Shown here piece after piece: positions 8,988-19,880 of a stretch of DNA of 64,000 nt. This DNA comes from an uncultured Planctomycetales bacterium. GTDB lineage: Bacteria; Planctomycetota; UBA1135. The notes under the pieces were generated by a model. The model ran no database searches. It was not told the DNA's origin and worked only from the letters and a program-made list of their open reading frames with translations. How positions within the stretch are numbered: the stretch's first letter is position 1; each line of letters opens with the position of its first letter. A program made the translations under genes and the position numbers. The stretch lies in assembly GCA_964342475.1 (NCBI GenBank), contig CAYFGE010000004.1, positions 14,796-78,795 on the forward strand. Direction: 5' to 3'.

Positions 8988-8993
8988 TAGATT
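8988..8993 (+). promoter_or_regulatory. -10 box TAGATT, 6 nt upstream of ATG 9000 (leaderless HD gene)
   Basis: The context GGGCTAGATTggggccATG shares the GGGCTAG core with the TAGAAT boxes found elsewhere in the window. Confidence 0.5.
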
Positions 8994-8999
8994 GGGGCC

Positions 9000-9584
9000 A
9001 TGGCCACGCGACTGACCCGGCAGGAGGCCTGGGACTTCCTCTGCTCCTGGACCCGCACCGACGCCCTGCGCCGCCACGCGCGCGCCGTCGAGATCGCCAT
9101 GCGGGCCGCCGCCCACCGCTACGGGTCGGGCGCCGCCGACGAGGAGGAGTGGGGCATCGCCGGGATGCTGCACGACGCGGACTACGAGCAGTGGCCCGAG
9201 GAGCACCCGAACCGCGTCGTCGCCTGGCTGCGCGAGCGCGGCGAGGAGTCGGTCGCTCACGCGATCTCCGCCCACTACACGAAGTGGGGGGTCAGCTACG
9301 ACAGCCTGCTCGACCGGGCGCTCCTGGCCTGCGACGAGATCACCGGCCTGATCATGGCCAGCTGCTACGTGCGCCCCGAGGGCATCGCCACGCAGAAGGC
9401 GAAGAGCGTGATGAAGAAGTTCAAGGACAAGAGCTTCGCCGCTGGCGTGGACCGCGACGAGTGCCGCGCCGGCGCCGAGATGCTCGGCGTCGAGCTGAAG
9501 GAGCACGTCGAGTTCCTGATCGAGGCCCTGCGGCCGCACGCCGAGGAGCTCGGCATCCAGGGCACGGCGGCGGCGCAGGGCTAG
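9000..9584 (+). CDS. HD-domain (HDIG-type) phosphohydrolase
   Basis: ORF 9000..9584 with the HD motif GMLHDADYE and downstream His residues (HAISAHY). Confidence 0.8.
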   Translation: MATRLTRQEAWDFLCSWTRTDALRRHARAVEIAMRAAAHRYGSGAADEEEWGIAGMLHDADYEQWPEEHPNRVVAWLRERGEESVAHAISAHYTKWGVSYDSLLDRALLACDEITGLIMASCYVRPEGIATQKAKSVMKKFKDKSFAAGVDRDECRAGAEMLGVELKEHVEFLIEALRPHAEELGIQGTAAAQG

Positions 9585-9587
9585 AAT
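9582..9587 (+). promoter_or_regulatory. -10 box TAGAAT for the thiolase gene
   Basis: GGGCTAGAATTCC lies 38 nt upstream of ATG 9626. The TAG is the stop codon of the HD gene. Confidence 0.5.
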
Positions 9588-9625
9588 TCCTCCCGGCCAC
9601 CGCCCGACCAGCCCAACGCAAGAAC

Positions 9626-10807
9626 ATGACCGACGTCTACCTCGTCTCCGCCTGCCGCACCGGCATCGGCCGCTTCCAGGGAACCCTGGCCGGCTTCACC
9701 GCCCCCCAGCTCGGCGCGCTGGCCGTGAAGGAGGCCCTCACCCGCGCGGGCGTCGGCGGCGAGGCCGTGGACGAGGTGATCCTCGGCAACGTGCTGCAGG
9801 CCGGCGTCGGCCAGAACCCGGCGCGCCAGGCCGCGCGCGCCGCCGGGGTGCCTGACACCGTCCCGCCCTTCACGGTGAACAAGGTCTGCGGCAGCGGCCT
9901 CAAGTCGGTCATGCTGGCCGCGCAGTCGATCCGGGCGGGCGACAACCAGCTCGTCGTCGCCGGCGGCATGGAGAGCATGACCCGCGCGCCCTACCTCGTG
10001 CCCGCCGCCCGCGACGGGGTGCGGCTGGGGAACGCCCAGCTGGTCGACGCGATGATCTGGGACGGCCTGTGGGACGTGTACAGCGACCAGCACATGGGCA
10101 TGACCGGCGAGCTGGTGGCCGACGAGTACGGCGTCACCCGCGAGATGCAGGACGAGTACGCCGCGCGCTCGCACCAGCGCGCCGCCGCCGCCTGGGAGGC
10201 GGGCCGCTTCGACGCCGAGACCTTCGCGGTCGAGGTGCCGCAGCGCAAGAAGGACCCGGTCTCCTTCCGCGCCGACGAGGGCGTCCGCCCCGGCACCGAC
10301 GCCGCCGGCATGGGCAAGCTGCGCCCGGCCTTCAAGAAGGACGGCTCCGTCACCGCCGGCAACGCCTCGCAGATCTCCGACGGCGCCGCCGCCCTGGTCG
10401 TCGCGTCGGCCGCCGCCTGCGAACAGCACGGCCTCACGCCGATGGCGCGGATCACCGGCTATGCCGCCGGCGGCATGGCGCCGGAGTGGGTGATGATGGC
10501 CCCCAAGGCCGCCGTGGAGAACCTCGAGGCCCGCACCGGACTCGACCGCCGCGCCTTCGACCTGGTCGAGATCAACGAGGCCTTCTCCTCGGGCTCCTGC
10601 GCCCTGGTGAAGACCCTCGAGCTCGACGCCGAGCGCGTCAACGTCAACGGCGGCGCGGTCGCCCTGGGCCACCCGATCGGCGCCAGCGGCGCGCGCATCC
10701 TGGTCACGCTCCTCCACGCGCTGAAGGATCGCGGCGGGAAGACCGGCCTCGCCACGCTGTGTCTCGGCGGCGGCAACGCCGTCGCCCTGTCGCTCGAGAT
10801 GGTCTGA
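9626..10807 (+). CDS. acetyl-CoA C-acetyltransferase (thiolase II)
   Basis: Starts at ATG 9626 in ORF 7856..10807. Motifs: active-site Cys VNKVCGSGLKS, NEAFS, GHPIGASGARI, CLGGGNAVA. Confidence 0.93.
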   Translation: MTDVYLVSACRTGIGRFQGTLAGFTAPQLGALAVKEALTRAGVGGEAVDEVILGNVLQAGVGQNPARQAARAAGVPDTVPPFTVNKVCGSGLKSVMLAAQSIRAGDNQLVVAGGMESMTRAPYLVPAARDGVRLGNAQLVDAMIWDGLWDVYSDQHMGMTGELVADEYGVTREMQDEYAARSHQRAAAAWEAGRFDAETFAVEVPQRKKDPVSFRADEGVRPGTDAAGMGKLRPAFKKDGSVTAGNASQISDGAAALVVASAAACEQHGLTPMARITGYAAGGMAPEWVMMAPKAAVENLEARTGLDRRAFDLVEINEAFSSGSCALVKTLELDAERVNVNGGAVALGHPIGASGARILVTLLHALKDRGGKTGLATLCLGGGNAVALSLEMV

Positions 10808-10901
10808 GCGGCCGCAGGGGCGGCTCCGTTCCCGCGCGGTAACCCCAGCAGCCGGCCCCGCCCGTCCTCGCCGCTGGCACGCGGTTTGTGACGGGCAGGG
10901 C

Positions 10902-10967
10902 ATGGCACACATCCTCCTCGCCTACCTCGCCCTCCCGCTGCTGCAGACGGTCGGCGGCGAATGGGGG
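10902..10967 (+). other. detached signal-peptide-like leader (MAHILLAYLALPLLQTVGGEWG) in frame 0, ending in a G7 tract
   Basis: ATG 10902. The hydrophobic h-region is followed by the G7 run at 10963-10969. After the run this frame decays into R/S/T/P-rich sequence, while the FG-GAP body continues in the -1 frame. Confidence 0.45.
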
Positions 10968-12508
10968 GGCACCACACGGTCCCGCCCCACGGTCAGTCGG
11001 GGCAGAACACCGGCCTCAGGCTCGCCGTCGCCGGCGACTTCGACGCCGACGGCGTGCCGGACTACTTCGCCAGCTGCTGGTCGGGCAGCGGTGACCGCGC
11101 CGTCCGCTGGATCTCCGGTGCCACGGGGGCGAGCCCTTTCGTGGTGACCGGCGCGGCGAACCACCACCTCTTCGGCGATGCGATCCTCGCCCACCCGGAC
11201 TGGGACGGGGACGGCGTCGCGGACCTCGTGGTGGGTGCGCCGCTCGACGACCGCCTCGTGTGGGACGGCGGCTCGGTCACGGTCTACTCCGGCGCCGACG
11301 CCGCCGAACTCACCCGAATCGAGATCGGGGTGGTCGACGCCCACTTCGGTTCGTCCCTCGCCCGGTTCGACGACGTGGACGGCGACGGCAGGGAGGACCT
11401 CCTCGTCGGCGCCGTGGAGGTCTCCGCCGCAGGGCCGAACGAGCACGGGGCGGTCTACCTGGTCGCCTCGTCGACCGGCCAGCCGCTGCGCCGCTTCGAC
11501 GGTGAGCTGCCCTACGAGCAGTGCGGCTCGAGCGTCCTCGCCACCGGCGACCTCGACCGCGACGGCTTCGGCGACCTGGTCGCAGGCGCGTGGTACTCGG
11601 CCAGCAGCGTCCGTCTCACCTACTTCTCGGGAGCCACGGGGGCGGTCCTGCGCCGCCATGCCGCCAGCTCCGTCACCTATTCCACCGCTCCGTGGGCCCT
11701 GGCGGACGCAGGGGACGTGGACGGGGACGGCGTGCGGGACCAGCTGGTCGGGCAGGCCTGCTCCGACGCTCTCGGAGCCCTCCAGATCGGCTCGGTCACG
11801 CTGCTGTCCGGTGCGACCGGCCGCGTGCTCTGGGAGCGCACCGGGCAGTACGCCCACGACGGCTTCGGCGCCCTGGTCGTCGTCCCCGGCGACCTGGACG
11901 GGGACGGAGCGGTCGAGGCGGTCGCCGGGACCGGACTACGGTTCGAGGTCCTCGATCCGGCCACGGGGGCCGTGGAGGGCAGGGAATTCACCCCAGCGGT
12001 CGCCTCCTTGGTGGCCGGTGGGGACCTCGACGGGGACGGCTACTCCGACTGGGTGGCGGGGCGGCCTTCCGCAGCTGCAGGGGCCGGGGAGATCGTCCTC
12101 GGCGGCTTCAAGGCCGGCCTGCACCTGGACGGGGCCGCCGTCTCCGCCACGGCCGGCGCCACTCTGGCGCTCGAGCTCGACTTCGCGGACGCCGACTCCG
12201 GTCGCATGTTCCTGCTGCTCGCCTCCGCGAGCGGGACCGGCCCGCTGGTCCTGGACGGGGTGGAGGTCCCGCTGGGGATGGACCGGCTCCTCCGTTACAC
12301 CGCGCGGCGGCCCCCCAACGGTCCCTTCTGGCCTCCCGTCGGCATCCTGGACGCCCACGGCGACGGGACCGCGGTCCTTCACGTGAGCCCCGGAGTGGCC
12401 TCGCCCTTCGTCGGGCGGACGCTCCACCTGGCGGTGGTGGTCCTCCACCTCCAACTCGGGACGGTGCAGGCGAGCTCGGTCGCGCGGCCGCTCCTGGTCC
12501 AGCCTTGA
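10961..12508 (+). CDS. FG-GAP (integrin-alpha-type) repeat protein, possibly frameshifted at its 5' end
   Basis: ORF 10961..12508. Repeated FG..GDxDxDGxxD units (AGDFDADGVPD, DWDGDGVADLVVGAP, DDVDGDGREDLLVGA, GDLDRDGFGDLVAGA, GDVDGDGVRD, GDLDGDGAVE, GDLDGDGYSD). The product as called has no signal peptide. Confidence 0.8.
   Translation: MGGHHTVPPHGQSGQNTGLRLAVAGDFDADGVPDYFASCWSGSGDRAVRWISGATGASPFVVTGAANHHLFGDAILAHPDWDGDGVADLVVGAPLDDRLVWDGGSVTVYSGADAAELTRIEIGVVDAHFGSSLARFDDVDGDGREDLLVGAVEVSAAGPNEHGAVYLVASSTGQPLRRFDGELPYEQCGSSVLATGDLDRDGFGDLVAGAWYSASSVRLTYFSGATGAVLRRHAASSVTYSTAPWALADAGDVDGDGVRDQLVGQACSDALGALQIGSVTLLSGATGRVLWERTGQYAHDGFGALVVVPGDLDGDGAVEAVAGTGLRFEVLDPATGAVEGREFTPAVASLVAGGDLDGDGYSDWVAGRPSAAAGAGEIVLGGFKAGLHLDGAAVSATAGATLALELDFADADSGRMFLLLASASGTGPLVLDGVEVPLGMDRLLRYTARRPPNGPFWPPVGILDAHGDGTAVLHVSPGVASPFVGRTLHLAVVVLHLQLGTVQASSVARPLLVQP
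10963..10969 (+). repeat. G7 homopolymer at the junction of leader and FG-GAP body
   Basis: The sequence reads aatGGGGGGGcacc. Confidence 0.95.
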
Positions 12509-12520
12509 TCGCAGCATGAC

Positions 12521-12552
12521 GCGCGGGCGGGTCGGTACGGACCCGCCCGCGC
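12521..12552 (+). terminator. GC hairpin after the FG-GAP gene (I-shaped, no U-tract)
   Basis: GCGCGGGCGGGTC-ggtacg-GACCCGCCCGCGC: a perfect 13-bp stem 13 nt after the TGA at 12506-12508, directly followed by the TAGAAT box. Confidence 0.5.
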
Positions 12553-12560
12553 CGCGCCGC

Positions 12561-12566
12561 TAGAAT
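12561..12566 (+). promoter_or_regulatory. -10 box TAGAAT for hbd
   Basis: TAGAATCCGCC lies 30 nt upstream of ATG 12597. The SD sequence GGGAGAAG is at 12588-12595. An identical 11-mer occurs at 48682. Confidence 0.55.
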
Positions 12567-12596
12567 CCGCCATCCCCCCGCCGCCGCGGGAGAAGA

Positions 12597-13454
<858 letters not shown>

Positions 13455-13467
13455 GGCGCGCGGGCCC

Positions 13468-14460
13468 GTGGCCGCCGATTCGAAGACCGCCGTCCTCGGA
13501 GCCGTCGTCGGGAATTCCGTCCTGACGGTGCTCAAGTTCGGCGCCTTCCTGATGTCGGGCTCGGGCGCCATGCTGTCCGAGGCGATCCACACCGCCGCCG
13601 ACGCCGCCAACCAGGCCCTGCTCTACGTCGGGCTCAAGCGCTCGCTGCGCCCGGAGGACCGGCGCCACAACTACGGCTACGGCGGCGAGCGCTTCCTCTT
13701 CGCCCTGCTGTCGGCCGTCGGCATCTTCGTCTTCGGCTGCGGCGTCACGGTCTACCACGGCATCCACACCTGGTTCCATCCGCCCGAGCTCCAGCTGAGC
13801 TGGCACGTCTTCGCCGTGCTCGCCCTGGGCCTGCTGCTCGACGGCGCCGTGCTCCTGCTCGCCGTGAAGGCGGTGTGGAAGCAGAAGGGCGAGCAGACCC
13901 TGTTCCAGTACCTGCGCACCGCCACCGACCCCTCGGCCATCGCCGTCCTGCTCGAGGACGCCGTCGCCTGCCTCGGCGTGCTCATCGCCTTCGCCTGCAT
14001 CGGCCTGGCCCACGCCACCGGCGACACGCGCTGGGACGCTGTCGGCTCGATCCTGATCGGCGCGATGATGGGCGGCATCGCGGTCTGGCTCGGCGTGAAG
14101 AACCGCACCCTGCTGCTCGGTCGGGCCGCCTCGCCCGAGCTGGTGGCCGAGGCCGTCGCCTTCCTGCGGGCCCAGCCCTCGGTGCTCAAGGTCTCGCGCG
14201 TGCGCTCGCGGGTCGTCTCGGCCGACCACGTGAAGCTGCAGGTCGACATCGACTTCAACGGCGCCTGGTTCGGGCGCGAGCTGGACGGCTGGGTGCGCGC
14301 GCACCTGCCGGCGCCGGGCGACCGCGCCGCCGCCGAGCGCTTCGCCGAGGACTTCGGCCGCGAGATGCTCGACCGGGTGGGGGAGGAGGTCGACCGCGTC
14401 GAGCGCGAGATGCTGGCCCGCTTCCCGCGGCTGCGCTTCATCGAACTCGAGGCGGACTGA
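13468..14460 (+). CDS. cation diffusion facilitator (CDF) family transporter
   Basis: GTG 13468. Has TM helices with SEAIHTAADAANQ and YGYGGERF, and a C-terminal cytoplasmic domain. Confidence 0.8.
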   Translation: MAADSKTAVLGAVVGNSVLTVLKFGAFLMSGSGAMLSEAIHTAADAANQALLYVGLKRSLRPEDRRHNYGYGGERFLFALLSAVGIFVFGCGVTVYHGIHTWFHPPELQLSWHVFAVLALGLLLDGAVLLLAVKAVWKQKGEQTLFQYLRTATDPSAIAVLLEDAVACLGVLIAFACIGLAHATGDTRWDAVGSILIGAMMGGIAVWLGVKNRTLLLGRAASPELVAEAVAFLRAQPSVLKVSRVRSRVVSADHVKLQVDIDFNGAWFGRELDGWVRAHLPAPGDRAAAERFAEDFGREMLDRVGEEVDRVEREMLARFPRLRFIELEAD

Positions 14461-14512
14461 GAGCCGTCGCGGAGGGGGCTGTTCCCTTTTCCCGTGCCGT
14501 CCTGGGAGGCTG

Positions 14513-14521
14513 TGCGATAAT
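14513..14521 (+). promoter_or_regulatory. extended -10 TGcGATAAT upstream of acyl-CoA dehydrogenase 1
   Basis: An AT-rich nonamer in a GC-rich spacer, 27 nt upstream of ATG 14549. Confidence 0.4.
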
Positions 14522-14548
14522 GGCACGCCCCATCACCGGGTGGAAACG

Positions 14549-15691
<1,143 letters not shown>

Positions 15692-15693
15692 CC

Positions 15694-16662
15694 TTGACCG
15701 CCGCCGCTCCCGCCCTCACCGAGCTGCTGGCGCGCTTCCGCGCCGGGCGCGTGGGGGCGTTGGCGCGCGCGATCTCCTGGGCGGAGGACGCCCACCCGCA
15801 GGCCGCCGCCCTGCTCGAGGCCGTCCACGCCGACACCGGCCGGGCCTGGCGCACCGGCCTGACCGGCCCGCCCGGCGCCGGCAAGTCCACCCTGGTGGAC
15901 GCCCTGGCGCGGCACTGGGCCGCGGCCGGCCGCCGCCTCGGCCTGCTCGCGGTCGACCCGTCCTCGCCTTTCACCGGCGGCGCGCTGCTCGGCGACCGCA
16001 TCCGCATGGACGCCAGCACCGGCGACCACGGCGTCTTCGTGCGCAGCATGGCGAGCCGCGGCAGCCTCGGCGGCCTCAGCCTGGCCACGGGCGCCGCCGC
16101 CGACCTGATGGACGCCTTCGGCTTCGAGGAGCTGCTGCTCGAGACGGTGGGGGTGGGGCAGGCGGAGATCGACGTCGCCGCCGCCGCCGACACCACCGTG
16201 GTCGTGCTGACCCCGGCCTCGGGCGACGGCGTGCAGGCGATGAAGGCCGGCCTGATGGAGGCCGCCGACGTCTTCGTCGTGAACAAGGCCGACACCCCCG
16301 GCGCCGACCGCCTGCGCAACGAGATCGAGCAGACGCTCGACCTGCGCGACCCGTCCTCACCGCGCCCGCAGGTGCTGCTGTGCAGCGCCAGCCGCGGCGA
16401 GGGGGTCGTCGAACTGGCCGCCGCCGTCGAGCGGCGCCGCGAGGAGGACCGCGCCGCGGGCCGCCTCGACGCCCGCCGCCGCGAGCGCGACCTCGCCCGC
16501 GTGCGGCGCGTCTTCACCGAGTCCCTCCGCGCCCGCCTGTGGGACGGCGACGGCCTGCGCGAGCGCGCCCGCGCCGCCCTCGCGGCCGGCGCGCGGCCGG
16601 ACTCCACCGCGCTGCAGCTGGCCGACGAGGTCCTGCGGCGCATCGAGGAAGCGAAAGCATGA
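15694..16662 (+). CDS. meaB: methylmalonyl-CoA mutase-associated G-protein (MeaB/ArgK family)
   Basis: TTG 15694. P-loop GPPGAGKST, plus [25 protein letters not shown] and NKAD. Confidence 0.88.
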   Translation: MTAAAPALTELLARFRAGRVGALARAISWAEDAHPQAAALLEAVHADTGRAWRTGLTGPPGAGKSTLVDALARHWAAAGRRLGLLAVDPSSPFTGGALLGDRIRMDASTGDHGVFVRSMASRGSLGGLSLATGAAADLMDAFGFEELLLETVGVGQAEIDVAAAADTTVVVLTPASGDGVQAMKAGLMEAADVFVVNKADTPGADRLRNEIEQTLDLRDPSSPRPQVLLCSASRGEGVVELAAAVERRREEDRAAGRLDARRRERDLARVRRVFTESLRARLWDGDGLRERARAALAAGARPDSTALQLADEVLRRIEEAKA

Positions 16663-17063
16663 GTACCCGCAAGATCCGCGTGCTGGTCGGCAAGCCCGGC
16701 CTCGACGGCCACGACCGCGGCGCCAAGGTGGTCGCCGCCGCCCTCCGCGACCGCGGCATGGAGGTGATCTACACCGGCCTCCACCGCACGCCGGAGCAGA
16801 TCGTCGACGCCGCTGAGCAGGAGGACGTCGACGTCGTCGGCCTGTCCATCCTGTCCGGCTCCCACATGGAGCTGCTTCCCGAGGTGCTGCGCCAGCTGCG
16901 CGCCCGCGGGCTCGACCGCGTGCTGGTGGTCGGCGGCGGCATCATCCCCGATGCGGACGCCGCCGCCCTGCAGGCCGACGGCTACGCCCGCATCTTCGGA
17001 CCCGGCACCTCGACCGCCGACATCGCCGACTACATCGAACAGAACGTCCCCGAGCAACGATGA
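16659..17063 (+). CDS. cobalamin-binding domain protein (methylmalonyl/isobutyryl-CoA mutase small subunit type)
   Basis: ATG 16659 overlaps the meaB stop (ATGA). [22 protein letters not shown] contains the DxHxxG B12 motif, followed by GLSILSGSH and VVGGGIIP. Confidence 0.88.
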   Translation: MSTRKIRVLVGKPGLDGHDRGAKVVAAALRDRGMEVIYTGLHRTPEQIVDAAEQEDVDVVGLSILSGSHMELLPEVLRQLRARGLDRVLVVGGGIIPDADAAALQADGYARIFGPGTSTADIADYIEQNVPEQR

Positions 17064-18253
17064 GCACCCCCGAGACGATGGACACCCCCGTGACCAACTT
17101 CGACCTGACCGAGGAGCAGCTGATGATCCGCGAGACGGTGCAGCGCTTCGCCAACGAGGTGGTCGCCCCGGTCGCGCGCGAGGCGGACGAGACCTGCACC
17201 TTCCAGCTCCCGGTGTGGGAGCAGATCTGCGAGCTCGGCCTGCCCGGCCTGCCCTTCTCCGAGCGGTGGGGCGGCGCCGGCCTGGACAACCTGAGCTACA
17301 TCATCGCGGTGGAGGAGCTCGGCCGCGTCTGCGGCAGCACCGGCCTGGCCTACGCGGCGCACGTCTCGCTCGGCACCTGGCCGATCTACGCCTTCGGCAG
17401 CAACGCGCTCAAGGAGCGCTACCTGCCCGGCCTGTGCAGCGGCGAGTCCATGGGCGCCTACGGCCTGACCGAGCCGAACGCCGGCTCCGACTCGGGCGGC
17501 ACGCAGACCACCGCGGTGCTCGACGGCGACCACTACGTGGTCAACGGCGCCAAGTGCTTCATCACCAACGGCAGCCACGCCAAGCCCTTCGTCATCACTG
17601 CGCAGACCGACAAGTCGCTCGGCTCCAGGGGCATCGTGGCGCTGGTCGTGGACCGCGACACCGAGGGCTTCAGCGTCGAGAAGGGCGAGACCAAGCTCGG
17701 CATGCGCGGCTCGGACTGGACGAACCTGGTGTTCCAGGACTGCCGCGTGCCGGCGGAGAACCTGCTCGGCGAGCCCGAGACCGGCTTCGCCACCTTCATG
17801 AAGACCCTCGAGGGCGGCCGCATCTCGATCGGCGCGCTGTCGCTGGGCATCGCCCAGGGCGCGCTCGACCAGGCCGGCCGCTACGCGCTCGAGCGCGAGC
17901 AGTTCGGCAAGCCGCTGGCCAAGCACCAGGCGGTGGCCTTCAAGCTGGCCGACATGCGCACCGAGGTCACCGCGGCGCGCCACCTCGTGTACCACGCCGC
18001 GCGCCTCAAGGACGCCGGCCGCGACTACGGCGTCGCCGCCGCGATGGCCAAGTACTTCGCCTCGGAGGTCAGCGTGCGCGCCAGCTACGAGGCGATCCAG
18101 ATCTTCGGCGGCAACGGCTACTCGCGCGAGTACCCGGTCGAGCGCATGTACCGCGACTCGAAGCTGAACACGATCGGCGAGGGGACCAGCGAGGTGCAGA
18201 AGCTGATCATCTCGCGCGACCTGATCCGGCAGCTCGCCGGCCGGATGGGGTGA
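17060..18253 (+). CDS. acyl-CoA dehydrogenase
   Basis: ATG 17060 overlaps the preceding stop (ATGA). Motifs: [52 protein letters not shown]. Confidence 0.92.
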   Translation: MSTPETMDTPVTNFDLTEEQLMIRETVQRFANEVVAPVAREADETCTFQLPVWEQICELGLPGLPFSERWGGAGLDNLSYIIAVEELGRVCGSTGLAYAAHVSLGTWPIYAFGSNALKERYLPGLCSGESMGAYGLTEPNAGSDSGGTQTTAVLDGDHYVVNGAKCFITNGSHAKPFVITAQTDKSLGSRGIVALVVDRDTEGFSVEKGETKLGMRGSDWTNLVFQDCRVPAENLLGEPETGFATFMKTLEGGRISIGALSLGIAQGALDQAGRYALEREQFGKPLAKHQAVAFKLADMRTEVTAARHLVYHAARLKDAGRDYGVAAAMAKYFASEVSVRASYEAIQIFGGNGYSREYPVERMYRDSKLNTIGEGTSEVQKLIISRDLIRQLAGRMG

Positions 18254-19092
18254 GCGAGGGCCGCACGCAGGTGCAGGTCGGGCGGTGGCGGGTGACCGCC
18301 CTGCGCGACGCCGAGTTCGCCCTCGACGGCGGCGCCATGTTCGGCGTCGTGCCGCGGACCCTGTGGGAGCGCCTGACCCCGGTCCACGAGGACCACACCG
18401 TCCCGCTGGCCGCCAACCCCTTCCTGCTGCGGGACGGCGAGCACACCGTGGTCGTCGAGCCGGGGCTCGGCCAGCGCTGGGACGACAAGCAGCGCGCGAT
18501 GTTCCACATCACGCACGCCAGCGGCGGCCTGGTCGCCTCGCTCGCCGCGGCCGGCGTCGCCCCCGAGGAGGTGACCCACTGCCTGATGTCGCACGGCCAC
18601 TGGGACCACATCGGCGCGCTGTGCGGCGCCGACGGCCGGCCCGTCTTCCCCCGCGCGGCGCACTGGATGCCCGAGTCCGAGAAGCGCGCGGCGCTGGACC
18701 CCGACCACCTGCGCCGGGCCAGCTACCGGCAGGCGGACCTCCTGCCGGTGGTCGAGGCCGGCCTGCTGCAGACCTTCGTCGGCGAGCAGGAGGTCCTGCC
18801 CGGCCTGCGCATGGTCGAGCTCGGCGGCCACTCCGACGGCGTCTCGCTCGTGCTGCTCGAGGACGGCGGCGAGACCGCCTGCTTCTGGGCCGACGTGGTG
18901 CCGACGCGCCACCACGTCCACCTGCCGTTCATCATGGCCTACGACATGAACGCCGAGAAGTCGTGGCGCGTGCGCAGCGAGTGGATCCCGCGCGCCGCCG
19001 CGGGCGGCTGGTGGAACCTGCTCTACCACGACCTCGAGCGGCCGATCGTGCGCTTCGAGCACGACGGGCGGCGCTACCGCGCGGCCGACTGA
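18250..19092 (+). CDS. MBL-fold metallo-hydrolase
   Basis: GTG 18250 overlaps the preceding stop (GTGA); GTG 18271 is an alternative start. HxHxDH motif MSHGHWDHIG. Confidence 0.8.
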   Translation: MSEGRTQVQVGRWRVTALRDAEFALDGGAMFGVVPRTLWERLTPVHEDHTVPLAANPFLLRDGEHTVVVEPGLGQRWDDKQRAMFHITHASGGLVASLAAAGVAPEEVTHCLMSHGHWDHIGALCGADGRPVFPRAAHWMPESEKRAALDPDHLRRASYRQADLLPVVEAGLLQTFVGEQEVLPGLRMVELGGHSDGVSLVLLEDGGETACFWADVVPTRHHVHLPFIMAYDMNAEKSWRVRSEWIPRAAAGGWWNLLYHDLERPIVRFEHDGRRYRAAD

Positions 19093-19097
19093 GGCGC

Positions 19098-19880
19098 TCA
19101 GGCGGGTTCGGCGGCGTCCTCGGCCAGCAGCTGCACGACCAGCACCAGCCCGGCCATCGCGGCGGTGGCCGCGGCCAGCGGCCACCACAGGCCGTTGCCG
19201 AGGTCGACCTGCGCGCGCGCGATCATCCGGCCCCAGCTCGGTTCGCTCTGCAGGCCGACGCCGAGGAAGCTGACCAGGACCTCGGCCTTCACCGCGTAGA
19301 CGAAGCGCAGCGAGAACTGCACCGCGAGCAGTCGGCGCAGGTTGGGCAGCAGGTGGCGCAGGAGGACGGCGCCCGCGCCGGCCCCGGCGGCGCGCGCCGC
19401 GGCGACGAACTCGAGCTCCTTGAGGCGCAGGACCTCGCCGCGCACCAGGCGGAAGACGCCGACCCAGGTGGCGAGGGCGATGGCCAGGCACACCGAGGCC
19501 AGGCCGCGGTCGAGCGCGTAGCCGACGACGAGGATGAGGAGGATGCCGGGGACGGCCGCGACCACCCCGGAGCACCACAGCAGCAGCTCGTCGAGCCAGC
19601 CGCGGAACCAGCCGGCGAGGAGGCCGAGGAGGGTGCCGGCCGCCACCGCCAGGCCGGCGGCCACCCCGCCGACGAGCAGCGCGACCCAGGTGCCCTGCAG
19701 CACGCGGGCGAGCACGTCGCGGCCGAGGTGGTCGGTGCCGAGCAGCGCGCCGCCGCCCGGCGGAAGGGCCTCGGCGCCGTCGCGCATCACGGCCCAGTCG
19801 GCACCGATCCAGCCCGCCGCGGCGGCCAGGCCGACGGCCAGGTAGAGGAGCAGCCCGAGGCGCAGCAGGCGGCGGCTCAC
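19098..19880 (-). CDS. ABC transporter permease (DppC/OppC type)
   Basis: GTG 19880 overlaps the upstream stop (GTGA). Contains HLGRDVL and an EAA-like loop (AARAAGAGAGAVLLRHLLPN). The long N-terminal extension in the ORF track is an R/P-rich artefact. Confidence 0.85.
   Translation of the reverse strand: MSRRLLRLGLLLYLAVGLAAAAGWIGADWAVMRDGAEALPPGGGALLGTDHLGRDVLARVLQGTWVALLVGGVAAGLAVAAGTLLGLLAGWFRGWLDELLLWCSGVVAAVPGILLILVVGYALDRGLASVCLAIALATWVGVFRLVRGEVLRLKELEFVAAARAAGAGAGAVLLRHLLPNLRRLLAVQFSLRFVYAVKAEVLVSFLGVGLQSEPSWGRMIARAQVDLGNGLWWPLAAATAAMAGLVLVVQLLAEDAAEPA

Noticed and set aside
10968-11147. The remainder of ORF 10902..11147 as an independent 81-aa gene.
   Set aside because: After the G7 tract this frame is R/S/T/P-rich and overlaps the FG-GAP repeats, which read in the other frame. 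Only the first ~21 codons look genuine (see the finding at 10902-10970).
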